Shown: positions 30,252 to 40,208 of the stretch, in pieces
How the letters are laid out: each line of letters begins with the position of its first letter
Position numbering within the stretch: position 1 is the first letter of the stretch
Source: an uncultured Planctomycetaceae bacterium
GTDB taxonomy: Bacteria; Planctomycetota; Planctomycetia; Isosphaerales; Isosphaeraceae
Direction: 5' to 3'
Length of the DNA stretch: 64,000 nt
Assembly: GCA_963833985.1 (NCBI GenBank)
Contig: CAWIAD010000002.1
Location: forward strand, 4,192,001 to 4,256,000
The notes under the pieces: generated by a model
The model's input: only the letters and a program-made list of their open reading frames with translations
Told to the model about the DNA's origin: nothing
The model's database searches: none
Made by a program: the position numbers and the translations under genes

Positions 30252-33200
30252 ATGTCCGATGCCGGCATTGCGGCTACCGGCTACGACGTTTTCCTGTCGT
30301 TCGGCGCCCCGGATCGAGAATGGGTCCGCGGCCTGCGGGACCAGCTTATGGAGCTAGGCCTAACAGTCTTCCAGGATGAGCGCAGTTTGCGACCGGGAGA
30401 TCCGTGGGTCCTCGGCCTCAGCGACGCCATGCTCCACAGCCGATCGATGGCGCTGGTGCTCTCGGCCGAGACGCTCCATCGCAAATGGGTCGAGCCGGAA
30501 TGGACCTCGTTCCTCGCCGCTCATGGGCCGACCTCCGGCCGGCTCGTGCCCATCCTGCTCGAAGACTCCGTTCTGCCGCCGTACCTGAGCGCGATCCAGG
30601 TCTTGAACGCCCGCGACCGGGACGTCCAGCGCGTTGCCCGCGAGCTGGTCTCCCTGGTTGGCCGCCGTGGCGAACTTCCCCGGGGCGATGCACGCCGGCT
30701 CTACTTCGGCCAGCACCTCGTCTTCGTGCTGGAGCCGGACGGCAATGCGGTGACCATCAACGACGCCACCGGCCGACAGTCCCGCAGCCATCCGTCGCCC
30801 TGGTGCAGCGAGCCCCGCTTCACCTCCGCCCGCATCGGGTTTGATCGCCTGACCCGCCAGGCGATCGGTGACGACCACACCCGCGCCGAGCTGATCGGCC
30901 ACGCCACGACGCTCGGCGGTCTGCTCTTCGACCTGCTCTTTGATGTCAGAGCACTTGAGCTTCTGAGCTCCGCGACCATCCCCGGCCAGCCCCGTCCGCT
31001 GGCGACGATCCGCAGTGATGACGACCTGGTACTCTCGCTCCCCTGGGAGCTGCTGCACCACGACGGCCGGTTCCTGGTTCGTGACGGCGTCGTCGACCTG
31101 GTGCGTTCCATCCCCCAGGAAGTCGGCCCCGGCGCGTTCCTGCAACCGCCGGGCGAGCCGTTCAAGCTCGTGGTCAACGTTTCCGCTCCCGAGCATAGCG
31201 GCCTCGACTACGAGGCGGAAAGCTATCGCCTGACCCGCGCTGAGCGACCACTGCGAGCTTTTTCCCACCGACCTGGGGACGCTCGACGACCTGGTTCGAA
31301 CGGTCAAGGACAAGAAGCCCACGGGCATCCACTTCTCCGGCCGCGGCGGGCCGGGCGCGCTCACCTTCGAGGACGACGAGGGGCGGGCGAAACCGATTGC
31401 CGCCAGGGACCTGGTCGGCCGGCTCAAGGGGAACACCCCGGACGGTCTGCTGCCGCCGTTTTTCTACCTGGCGAACTGCCACGGCAACGACCCGGCCGCG
31501 CTTCAGCAAGGCCAAGCGGGCGTCGAGAGCCTGGCGGCGCGGCTGCACCGCGAGGGCGTGGCGCAGGTGGTCGCCTATGCCGGGCCAATCCTCGATGCGC
31601 TCTCGACCGAGGCCGAGGCCACGCTCTATGCCGAGATCGCCGCCGGCCAGACCACCCGCTACGCCGTGCGGCGGGCACGTGAGGCGATGATCCAAGCCAC
31701 CGGCTCGGCGCACGCGGCTTACCGTGAGGCGACGGCCCAGACCGTGGCCCATGCGGTACGGCAGACGCACCCGTTCGCCTGGTCGCAGCTCGTCCTCTAC
31801 CATCGCGGCGCCGACCACCCCTTGAGCCCGCCGCCCGAACCCGGTAAAGCGCGGCCGGTGTCCGAGAGGATCGAGCGAACCTTCCTCGACGCCGGCACGC
31901 GGCGGATCCTGACCACCGGCTTCATCGGCCGGCGCACCGAGCTGCACCGCCTCCGCCGCAAGCTCCGGGAGGGTCAGCGCGTGTTCGTGCTCCAGGGCCT
32001 CGGCGGCCTGGGCAAGTCGACGCTGGCCCTGCACATGGTGCGCGACCTGCTGCACGCCGGCGACGACCTCTGCAGCCTCTGGTGCCAGGATGCCGAGAAG
32101 CATGCCGGCGGCATCGCCCGGGCGCTCGTCGGCCAGCTCTCGGAGTATGGCCGCAAGCGGTTCGGCTCCGGCTGGGACGAGCTCGTCGGCCAGGTGGACC
32201 GCGCGGCCGGCGAGGACTCGCCCCGGCGATATGCTCTCTTCCTGGAGGCGCTGATCGGGAAGGTCAAACGGCTGGTCCTCTATCTGGACAACCTCGAATC
32301 GCTGCTGGTCGGCCCGGGCGACCACGGCGACGGACCGCCCGATCCCGACGCCTTCGGCCAGTGGCGCACGCCGGAGCTGGGCGCAATCTGGTCGGTCCTG
32401 ACCCGGTGCGCCGAGGACACGGGCAAGCTGCACCTGGTGGCAAGCTGCCGCTACCGGCACGACGACTTCCGCCGGTTCCTCGTCCCGGTTCCTCCACTTC
32501 CGGCCGACGCGTTGTTCCGGCTCATGGGCTGGTTCAAGGGCCTGCGCCGGCTCTCGACCCTGGCGCGTGCCCGGCTGGTGGAGAAGCTGGCCGGACACCC
32601 CCGGGCCGTCGAACATGCCGATGACCTGGTCCAGCAGGCTTTCGCTGACTGGGAGGACACGCGCGGTCCGTGGTGGCTGGCCGATTCGCCGTCGGCCGCG
32701 GACCTGGAGCGGGAGTGGGCGGAGCTGATCGAGACGGCCTTGCCCCGGGTCGAGACGAAGCTCTGGGACAACCTCCTGCTGGCCGCGATCTGGGAACGCG
32801 TGCTGGACGACCGCGCGCGGCGGATGCTCTTCCGCATGACGCTGCTCCGCCAGCCCTGGGAATGGGACCTGGTCAGCGAGCTGGGCGAGGAGGGCGACAC
32901 CGCCGAGGAGAGCTGGAAGACCGCTGAACGGTTGCGTCGCACGTCGCTGCTGGAGCAAATCGACTTGCTCGGCCAATCCGGAGTGGTCCGACATTTCACG
33001 ATCCATCCGGCAACCGCGCAGTATGTCGCGAGGCGGTTCACGGACGACCCTGACCTGCGGCAGGCCGCCCACCTTCGCGTCGGTACGTACTACGAGGCTC
33101 TCGCCCGGAATTCCCCGGACATCGAGGACGTCGTTGAAGCGGGCCATCACCTGTTCCAGGCGGGGGAATTTGATCGCTCATACGACCTTCTCGGGCCAGC

Positions 33201-34597
33201 ATCAGACAGGCTGAGGAATCGCGGCCGCGTTCGCGAGGGGTTGGAGATCCTGAAGCCCTTCTTGCCCGAGCTTACGCGAAAGAAGATGACGCGGGACCGG
33301 CGGGGCCGACTGCTTGGGACAGTCGGCCTCGCCTACGCCCGCCTTGGCCAGGTGGAGCGGGCCATCGAGTTCTACGAGCAGCACCTGGCCATCGCACGCG
33401 AGATCGGCGACCGGCGGGGCGAAGGGAACGCACTGGGCAACCTGGGCGGCGCCTACTACAGACTGGGCCAGTTGGAGCGGGCCATCGAGTTCCATGAGCA
33501 GGCGCTGATCATCTCCCGCGAGACACGCGACCGGCGGGGCGAGGGAGGCGACCTGGGCAACCTGGGCCTCGCCTACGCCCGCCTTGGCCAGGTGGAGCGG
33601 GCCATCGAGTTCCATGAGCAGGCGCTGATCATCTCCCGCGAGATCGGCGACCGGCAGGGCGAGGGAAGCAACCTGGGCAACCTGGGCAACGCCTACGCCC
33701 GCCTTGGCCAGGTGGAGCGGGCCATCGAGTTCTACGAGCAGTACCTGGCCATCGCACGCGAGATCGGCGACCGGCACGGCGAGGGAAACGCCCTGGGCAA
33801 CCTGGGCAGCGCCTACTACAGACTGGGCCAGTTGGAGCGGGCCATCGAGTTCCATGAGCAGGCGCTGATCATCTCCCGCGAGACAGGCGACCGGCGGGGC
33901 GAGGGAGGCGACCTGGGCAACCTGGGCCTCGCCTACGCCCGCCTTGGCCAGGTGGAGCGGGCCATCGAGTTCTACGAGCAGTACCTGGCCATCGCACGCG
34001 AGATCGGCGACCGGCACGGCGAGGGAAACGCCCTGGGCAACCTGGGCAACGCCTACGCCCGCCTTGGCCAGGTGGAGCGGGCCATCGAGTTCTACGAGCA
34101 GTACCTGGCCATCGCACGCGAGATCGGCGACCAGCACGGCGAGGGAAACGCCCTGGGCAACCTGGGCAGCGCCTACTACAGACTGGGCCAGTTGGAGCGG
34201 GCCATCGACTTCCATGAGCAGGCACTGATCATCTCCCGCGAGACAGGCGACCGGCGGGGCGAGGGGAACGCCCTGGGGAACCTGGGCATCGCCTACAGTC
34301 GCTTGGGCCAGGTGGAGCGGGCCGTCAAATTTCATGAACAAGCTCTCATACTCTCCCGCGAGATCGGCGACCGGCGCGGCGTAGGAAGCGACCTGGGGAA
34401 CCTGGGCACCGCGTATGCGGAACTGGGCCAAGTGGAGCGGGCCATCGACTTCCTCGAGCAGGGCGCTCAAGATCGGAGAGGAGATCAAGGATCCGAACCT
34501 TGTTGGTATTGCCAGGTCTCGCCTCGAGCGATTGCGCGGGGCGAAGAACCCTCCAGAAATGGGAAACAAGAAGTCGCCGGGGGAACGACCGCGTTAG
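30252..34597 (+). CDS. TIR-CHAT-STAND(NB-ARC-like)-TPR multidomain NLR-like protein, ~1450 aa (frameshifts near 31238 and 34462)
   Basis: TIR YDVFLSF...WVEPEW; CHAT LPWELL, YEAE, IHFSGRG, YLANCHG, PFAWSQLVLY; FIGRRTEL, Walker A GLGGLGKST (31996-32022), Walker B LYLDNLE, GHPRA; ten 40-aa TPR units. Confidence 0.85.
33301..34500 (+). repeat. Intragenic tandem array of ten 120-bp units encoding 40-aa TPR repeats
   Basis: GCCATCGAGT or variants recur every 120 bp from 33361 to 34441; unit LGNLGxAYxRLGQxERAIEFxEQxLxIxRExGDRxGEG. Confidence 0.95.
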
Positions 34598-34667
34598 GAG
34601 ATGGACCGCACCAGAATGGGCTTCGTAACCCTCGGGATGATGCCGATCACGGCATGGAACAACCCGC

Positions 34668-36965
34668 TCATTGCCCTGCCGGGGACAGTTTGAGCTGGCG
34701 TTCGATGCGGGTACCGGGGGACAGCTTCAGTTGCTCGGAATGAAGGACAGCGCCCCGGGAATTGAGGATGGAGAGGGTGTAGTCTCCGGCCGGCAGGTCG
34801 TCCAGGCGGAACCGGCCGCCGTCACCGGCGAGCGTGATGGTGCTGACTCGTCCGCCAGTGCGCGTTGAGAGCAGGACGTGCTGACCGTCGAGCGGTTCGC
34901 CCGTTGCCCGGTCGATCAACGCGCCGGAGACGACGGCCGCGCGCGGCAGCTTCAGGGTGATGTCGCGCTCGCCCTTGCCCCAGCCGGCGAGCTGCCGCGC
35001 GTGGCCGGCGGCCTGAACCAGGACCACCGCTTCACCAAAAGTCAGCGGCGAAAACGTGGCCACGCCCGCGGCGTCCGTCCTGGCATGGACCGAGTCTCCC
35101 CAGGTCGTGTCGTTGTAGCCCCACGCGAAGTTGCTGGCGACCGCAGGATCATCATAAACCAGTCCGACACGGGCGTTCGGTATCGGCTTTCCCGTCGCTT
35201 CGTCGATCGCGTGGACGAGCAGGGTATAAGCAGGCGGCAGACGGAAGAGTATCGGTGGCACCAGGTGACTGAACGGCCCGGCGGCAACCCGGTCGATGGA
35301 GCATTCGCCGTGGCCCGGTGCCAGCACGGTCACGCGCTGAACCGACCCGCCGGTCAGGTTGCGCACGAGGAATGACCCGTCGTCCGTCGTGTACGAGAGC
35401 CCGATCCCGCAGAACCCGGCAAAGTAGCCGCCGAGCTTGTCGTCGGGCAGGCGCAGGCGCGGGATGTTCAGAAGCACCCGGAACGATCGCACCGGATTAT
35501 TGTCCTGGTCGACGACCTTGCCTCGAATCGCTCCCGAGGCGGTCATCACGACCCGGTTTTCGCCATCGATATTCAGAGGGTGATCGCGCAGGTCGCTCAC
35601 GCCGTGGCCCAGGAACGTGAACGTGACGTTCCCTGCGGGCATGCCCTCCACGACGAATCGGCCCGTCTCGTCCGTCTCGGTCTTCCGCTCCCAGACGACC
35701 AGCCCGCGCTGATCGCCGATTGCAACGATGCCCAGGACGTTCACGCCGGCAAACGGCGTCCCCCGCTCATCGCAGACGACGCCGCGGACTGCATGGCCCT
35801 TCGCCAGGACGACACGCACTTCCTGGTCATCGCTTCCCGGAATGGGCGTGATGCCCGGCGCGAGGTCGGACCTGGCGGGGATCACGCAAAGCTGCTGATG
35901 TTCGCTGGGAACGTGCGCGAGCCGGAACTTGCCGTCGTCGCCCGACTTCGCTTCGATCGTCTCGTCGGACCGGCCCGGACCCCAGCGCACGGTGGCGTCG
36001 CGGACCGGCTTGCTGTCCGGGTCGAGCACCACGCCCGAGACGTCCCGGCGGTTGGCGAACGCAGGAGCCGCGGCCTTCGCCCCGGGGCCGGCCGCCGGTT
36101 GCCCTGGCGCCTTTCCCGTGGCCGGATTGCGGGCCAGTCGGAACTCGATGGACAGCGGGCCGCTACCTGAGTCGCAATGAACGCCATCGCGCTGGCGCGT
36201 ACGGTAACCCTCGGCCACGGCATTGAGCCAGGTCGTGCGGTCGACCACCAGGCCGTCGAGATCGAACCGGCCCTGCTCGTCGGTGCGTACCCAGAGCCCG
36301 GTGAGGGAGATGATCGAGCCCGAGGTCGAACGGCCGACGAACGCGCCCGGGATCGGCTTGCCATCGGTGTCGAGCACGCGGCCGGTCGCTCTTCCCCCGC
36401 GCGCGACGGCAACCTCCAGCTCCGTGACCGGCCTGTCCGCCATCTCGAAAAGCACGCGCTTGCGCTCACGGCCCGGGGCGACGACGAACGACTCGTGATA
36501 GCGTGTTCGGCTCACTCCGCCCAGCTCGAACCGGCCGTCGGCGTCGGTCGTCGGATCCAGACCGTTATCCAGCACCAGGCGCCCGCCGACGATCGGCTTG
36601 CCGGTTTCCGCCTCGACCAGCCGCACGCGCAGCCGCCCCTGTGGTGTGAGCCTGAGGATCAGCGGCTTGACCGCGTGACCCGCCGAGACCATCACGTCCA
36701 TCTCGGCCATCCCCTGGTCGCCGGCGCTCGCCTGGAAGAGCCAGTCTCCCGGCCCGAGCGACATGGAGAACCGGCCCTGGCCGTCGGCCGTCGCGTCCAC
36801 GCGGTCCAGCCGCTGGATCTCCAGCTTGACCGCCCAGACGTGAGCACCCCTGGCGGGCGATCCGTCCTGGGCCAGCACCACGCCCCGGCGCGTTTCCGCC
36901 TCAGCCCAGGGTCCGCAGGAAAGGATGATCACCGCCGACGCCACGCACCATTTCGCCCGCGACAT
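34668..36965 (-). CDS. Secreted protein with repeated carboxypeptidase-regulatory-like (beta-sandwich) domains
   Basis: Signal peptide ending AEA; repeated G.V.D.DGKP...A.V and TD..GRF motifs. Confidence 0.8.
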   Translation of the reverse strand: MSRAKWCVASAVIILSCGPWAEAETRRGVVLAQDGSPARGAHVWAVKLEIQRLDRVDATADGQGRFSMSLGPGDWLFQASAGDQGMAEMDVMVSAGHAVKPLILRLTPQGRLRVRLVEAETGKPIVGGRLVLDNGLDPTTDADGRFELGGVSRTRYHESFVVAPGRERKRVLFEMADRPVTELEVAVARGGRATGRVLDTDGKPIPGAFVGRSTSGSIISLTGLWVRTDEQGRFDLDGLVVDRTTWLNAVAEGYRTRQRDGVHCDSGSGPLSIEFRLARNPATGKAPGQPAAGPGAKAAAPAFANRRDVSGVVLDPDSKPVRDATVRWGPGRSDETIEAKSGDDGKFRLAHVPSEHQQLCVIPARSDLAPGITPIPGSDDQEVRVVLAKGHAVRGVVCDERGTPFAGVNVLGIVAIGDQRGLVVWERKTETDETGRFVVEGMPAGNVTFTFLGHGVSDLRDHPLNIDGENRVVMTASGAIRGKVVDQDNNPVRSFRVLLNIPRLRLPDDKLGGYFAGFCGIGLSYTTDDGSFLVRNLTGGSVQRVTVLAPGHGECSIDRVAAGPFSHLVPPILFRLPPAYTLLVHAIDEATGKPIPNARVGLVYDDPAVASNFAWGYNDTTWGDSVHARTDAAGVATFSPLTFGEAVVLVQAAGHARQLAGWGKGERDITLKLPRAAVVSGALIDRATGEPLDGQHVLLSTRTGGRVSTITLAGDGGRFRLDDLPAGDYTLSILNSRGAVLHSEQLKLSPGTRIERQLKLSPAGQ

Positions 36966-37237
36966 GACCGGCTCCACGCGATTGAAGGCAGAAATCACAT
37001 TGCCTTGCCGGGGACAATCGTCCTGCGTCGAACAACCGATGTCAATTGACGAGGGAATATGGCTCTCCATGCGGTTGTACACACGAGCGCCGTATCGTGA
37101 TACCAACCCCAAATGTCGTCGCGAACAGGCCGCGCACCGCGGGCACGCCATCCCGCGGCATCAGGGCATGGGACGGCAGGGCTCTCGCCAGCGGGGTCAA
37201 GCACCACAGCCTGATGGCGGCTCCTGGAGGCGCGGTC

Positions 37238-37561
37238 ATGGCTACCGCATTCCTGCTCGCGTGCGCCTTGCTTGCCGCCGATGGATCCCCCGGTGCTCTC
37301 CTTCGCCGTCCAGAAATGGCGCTGGAGCAGGTCTCACGAAACCCGCAACGCGGCGGGCCACCGGCGCCTCGAAAGGCCAGCCGCCACGACCCGGGCGCTG
37401 GAGGCGCTGGCGACCACCTCGTGAAGCGACCGGCTTTCCCCCTCCTGAATCGGTGCGTCGTCGCTGCGCTGGACGAACCTGCGGTTGTCGGACGTGCCGG
37501 GCACGGCAGCTCGATTTCCGGATCGTCCCGGCGCTTCTCGATCGCGGTGACCCAGTGGTAG
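37238..37561 (+). pseudogene. Possible truncated secreted-protein gene ending in REP elements
   Basis: GGAGG RBS then MATAFLLACALLAADG signal peptide; the ORF runs through one REP and stops at the TAG of the next REP's GTAG. Confidence 0.3.
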
Positions 37562-37590
37562 GGTGCGTCAGGCGCAGCGACGACGTACCG
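37451..37590. repeat. Inverted pair of GTAG-family REPs
   Basis: 37451-37482 (reverse) and 37558-37590 GTAGGGTGCGTCAGGCGCAGCGACGACGTACCG. Confidence 0.85.
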
Positions 37591-37997
37591 GTGGGGAAGC
37601 CGGCTCCGTCGACAAACTTCCAGGGAAGCTTCGGAACATCGGGCGTTACGACCGGGATCGGCGGCAGCCCATGAGCCCGGAAGCCGCGCGTGAGCTTGCC
37701 TCGATCCGACGAACTGCCGATCGGCCCTCCCCGGCCGCGATGGAAGCGGGGGAACGACCGGGGGTCGCTGCCAGGTGCGACCTGACCTGAACCAACGCCC
37801 TCACGACCGAGCGCTCCGGGTTGTGCTTCAGAACAAGAGCGAGAATCGCGCATTTCGCAAGACATCGCGCATAATACTTTTCTGAGCTTCCTATCTGAAC
37901 ACGGCCTCTGGTTGACAGTGCGCCCCGCTCATGGCGGGGGGTGCAGTCAAGGCGATCGTGGTGTGCCTGGATTCGCGCCCGGGCCGGGAGATATTCC

Positions 37998-39089
37998 ATG
38001 TTCCAGAAAACTCGTTCGTCTCGCCGCCGTGATCTTCGTCCCGCGCCGGATTGGCTCGAAGAACGAGCATTGCTCAGTAGCGGATTGCGGTCTCACGTTC
38101 ACGAGGCACGCGTTTCACCGGAGCTGCTTGCCGCGAAGCACAAGCTCAGCGCGCTTCAGACCGGCAGTCCAGCCATCACGATCCTGAATACCGTCACTTC
38201 GCAGGGATTCCGATTCACCAACTTCGACGGTCCGAACGCGGGTCACGTTGCCGGCGCGGGTACCATGATCAACGGGGTTGCGAACTCGACCACCGTCGTC
38301 GGGTTCACGATTGCCAATGATGGCACAACCCTGACCAACTTCACCGCCAATCCCCCGCTGACAAAGTACACCAGGCTCGTAAACCTGGGCGGATCAGCGT
38401 CTGCCATGGCACTGGGACTCAACTCCACCGGCACCGTCGTGGGCACCGACGGGCATGGCAAGGCGTTGTCTCTCAATCGTCACGGCGTGTTCAGAACCTT
38501 GGCCCCCAACGGTGGCTCGTCCGCGATCGCACTGGGCATCAACGACCGGGTGAACATCGTCGGTCAGTACGTCACCTCCACCGCAACACCGGGGTTTGTC
38601 CTGGTTCATGGGGCGACGTCTTTCCTCACGATCAATGCGCCCTCGGGGCCGAATATCGTGAACGCCCAGGGAGTGAACAACGCCGACACGGTGGCTGGGT
38701 TCTACGTGGGCGCGGATGGCCAGGACCACGGTTTCATTGCCAGGAAGAGCGATGTGGCGAAGGGCACGCTGACACCGGTTGCGGACCCCACCATCCCACC
38801 TGTCTCGGGAGAGCCGGGCGCCACGTTCGTGTTCTCCCAGATTCTCTCGATCAACGACTACGGCATCGCGGTCGGCTACTACGGCGACTCCACCGGCAGT
38901 CAGCATGGGTTCATATTCAACACCCATACCGGGCAGTACACGTTCCTGGATGACGCGAACGCTGCGTTCAGCAACGGGGTGGAAGTAACCCAGATCACGG
39001 GCATCAACAACTCGGGTGAGATCACGGGGTTCTACTCGGATGCGAATGGGGTCTTCCACGGCTTCATCGCCACGGGTTCGCTCCCCTGA
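37998..39089 (+). CDS. Secreted protein with LEPR-XLL planctomycete signal and HAF-like extracellular repeats
   Basis: RRRDLRPAPDWLEERALLS; repeats of A.GIN..G.IVG.Y..HGF. Confidence 0.8.
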   Translation: MFQKTRSSRRRDLRPAPDWLEERALLSSGLRSHVHEARVSPELLAAKHKLSALQTGSPAITILNTVTSQGFRFTNFDGPNAGHVAGAGTMINGVANSTTVVGFTIANDGTTLTNFTANPPLTKYTRLVNLGGSASAMALGLNSTGTVVGTDGHGKALSLNRHGVFRTLAPNGGSSAIALGINDRVNIVGQYVTSTATPGFVLVHGATSFLTINAPSGPNIVNAQGVNNADTVAGFYVGADGQDHGFIARKSDVAKGTLTPVADPTIPPVSGEPGATFVFSQILSINDYGIAVGYYGDSTGSQHGFIFNTHTGQYTFLDDANAAFSNGVEVTQITGINNSGEITGFYSDANGVFHGFIATGSLP

Positions 39090-39148
39090 TCCGAGCCACG
39101 AAAGAGGCGGCGGCCACCGTTACCGCCATGCGCCGGGGGCCTCCCCGG

Positions 39149-40121
39149 TCAGATCGGCTCTTCGAGGGTGGCGAACGGGTCGTCGTCGATGGGGGCGTCG
39201 TACTCGGACCCGGTCGATAAATGCCGCGGGGGTTCGGGCGGCGCGATCATGATGTCGCCGATGATGATCTGGCTGCTGGACAGGTCGGGCAGTTCCACGG
39301 GCATGGACACCGCGGCGGGCGCGGCGTCCTGGGACTCACTGCGCGTGGCGGACTGCGGGATGGCGACGGGCCTGCGCTTCTCCAGCAGATGGCCCACGTC
39401 GAACCGCTCGCCGATGTAATGCCGGCGGACGTCGGGGTTGTTGAGGATCTCCTGGCGATTGCCGTAGACGAAGACCCGGCCCTCGCGGATGAGGTAGCAC
39501 CGGTCAGTGACTTCCAGCGTCTCACGGAACTGGTGATCAGTGAGCAGGATGCCGATGTCGTAGCTCTCGACCAGGGCGCGAATCTGGTCCTGGATCTCGG
39601 CCACGGTCTTGGGATCGATGCCGGCAAACGGCTCATCGAGCATGATCAGCTTGGGCTCGGTGATCAGCGACCGGGCAATTTCCAGCCGGCGGCGCTCGCC
39701 GCCGGAGACGCGGTTGGCCTTGGTCTTGCGGATCTTCTCGAGACCGAACTGGTGGAGCAACTCGTCCTGCCGCGCCCTGCCGCTGTTTGCGCGACATGCC
39801 GGGGCGCGTTTCGAGGATGGCCATCAGGTTGTCTTCCACCGAGAGCTGGCGAAAGACGCTGGAGTCTTGGGCCAGGTATCCCATGCCCGCGCGAGCCCGC
39901 TGGTACATGGGCAGACGGGTGACGTCGCGGCCATCGAAGAGGACGGTGCCGCCGTCGGAGTCGATCAGTCCGATCGTCATGCGGAAGCTGGTGGTCTTGC
40001 CTGCTCCGTTGGGTCCAAGAAGACCGACGACCTCGCCGCGATCGACGTCGAAATCCACGCCGTTGACCACCTGGCGGCGGCCATACCATTTTTCCAGTCC
40101 GCGGACTTCCAGGATCGGCAC
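39149..40121 (-). CDS. lptB: LPS export ABC transporter ATPase LptB with C-terminal extension (frameshift near 39775)
   Basis: AAGGAGG RBS, GTG start; GLLGPNGAGKTT, LPMYQRAR.GMGYLAQ.SSVFR, VSGGERRRLEIAR, LDEPFAGIDP, ILLTDH. Confidence 0.92.
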
Positions 40122-40208
40122 GGCGAGATCCTCCTTGATCGCGGCGGGCGACCGGGTCAACTCCGGCCCGGCAAGCGTGACAGGCTCAGGGCGCAGCCCC
40201 GGACGGCC

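Noticed and set aside
33301..34500. Regular repeats as a possible CRISPR array or DGR template/variable repeat
   Set aside because: The units are contiguous, in-frame 120-bp coding repeats with no unique spacers; there are no cas or reverse transcriptase genes, and variation is not adenine-specific
37912..37950. Hairpin upstream of the LEPR-XLL gene as a riboswitch
   Set aside because: It is a single GC-rich stem with no recognisable aptamer consensus; an Rfam/Infernal search would be needed
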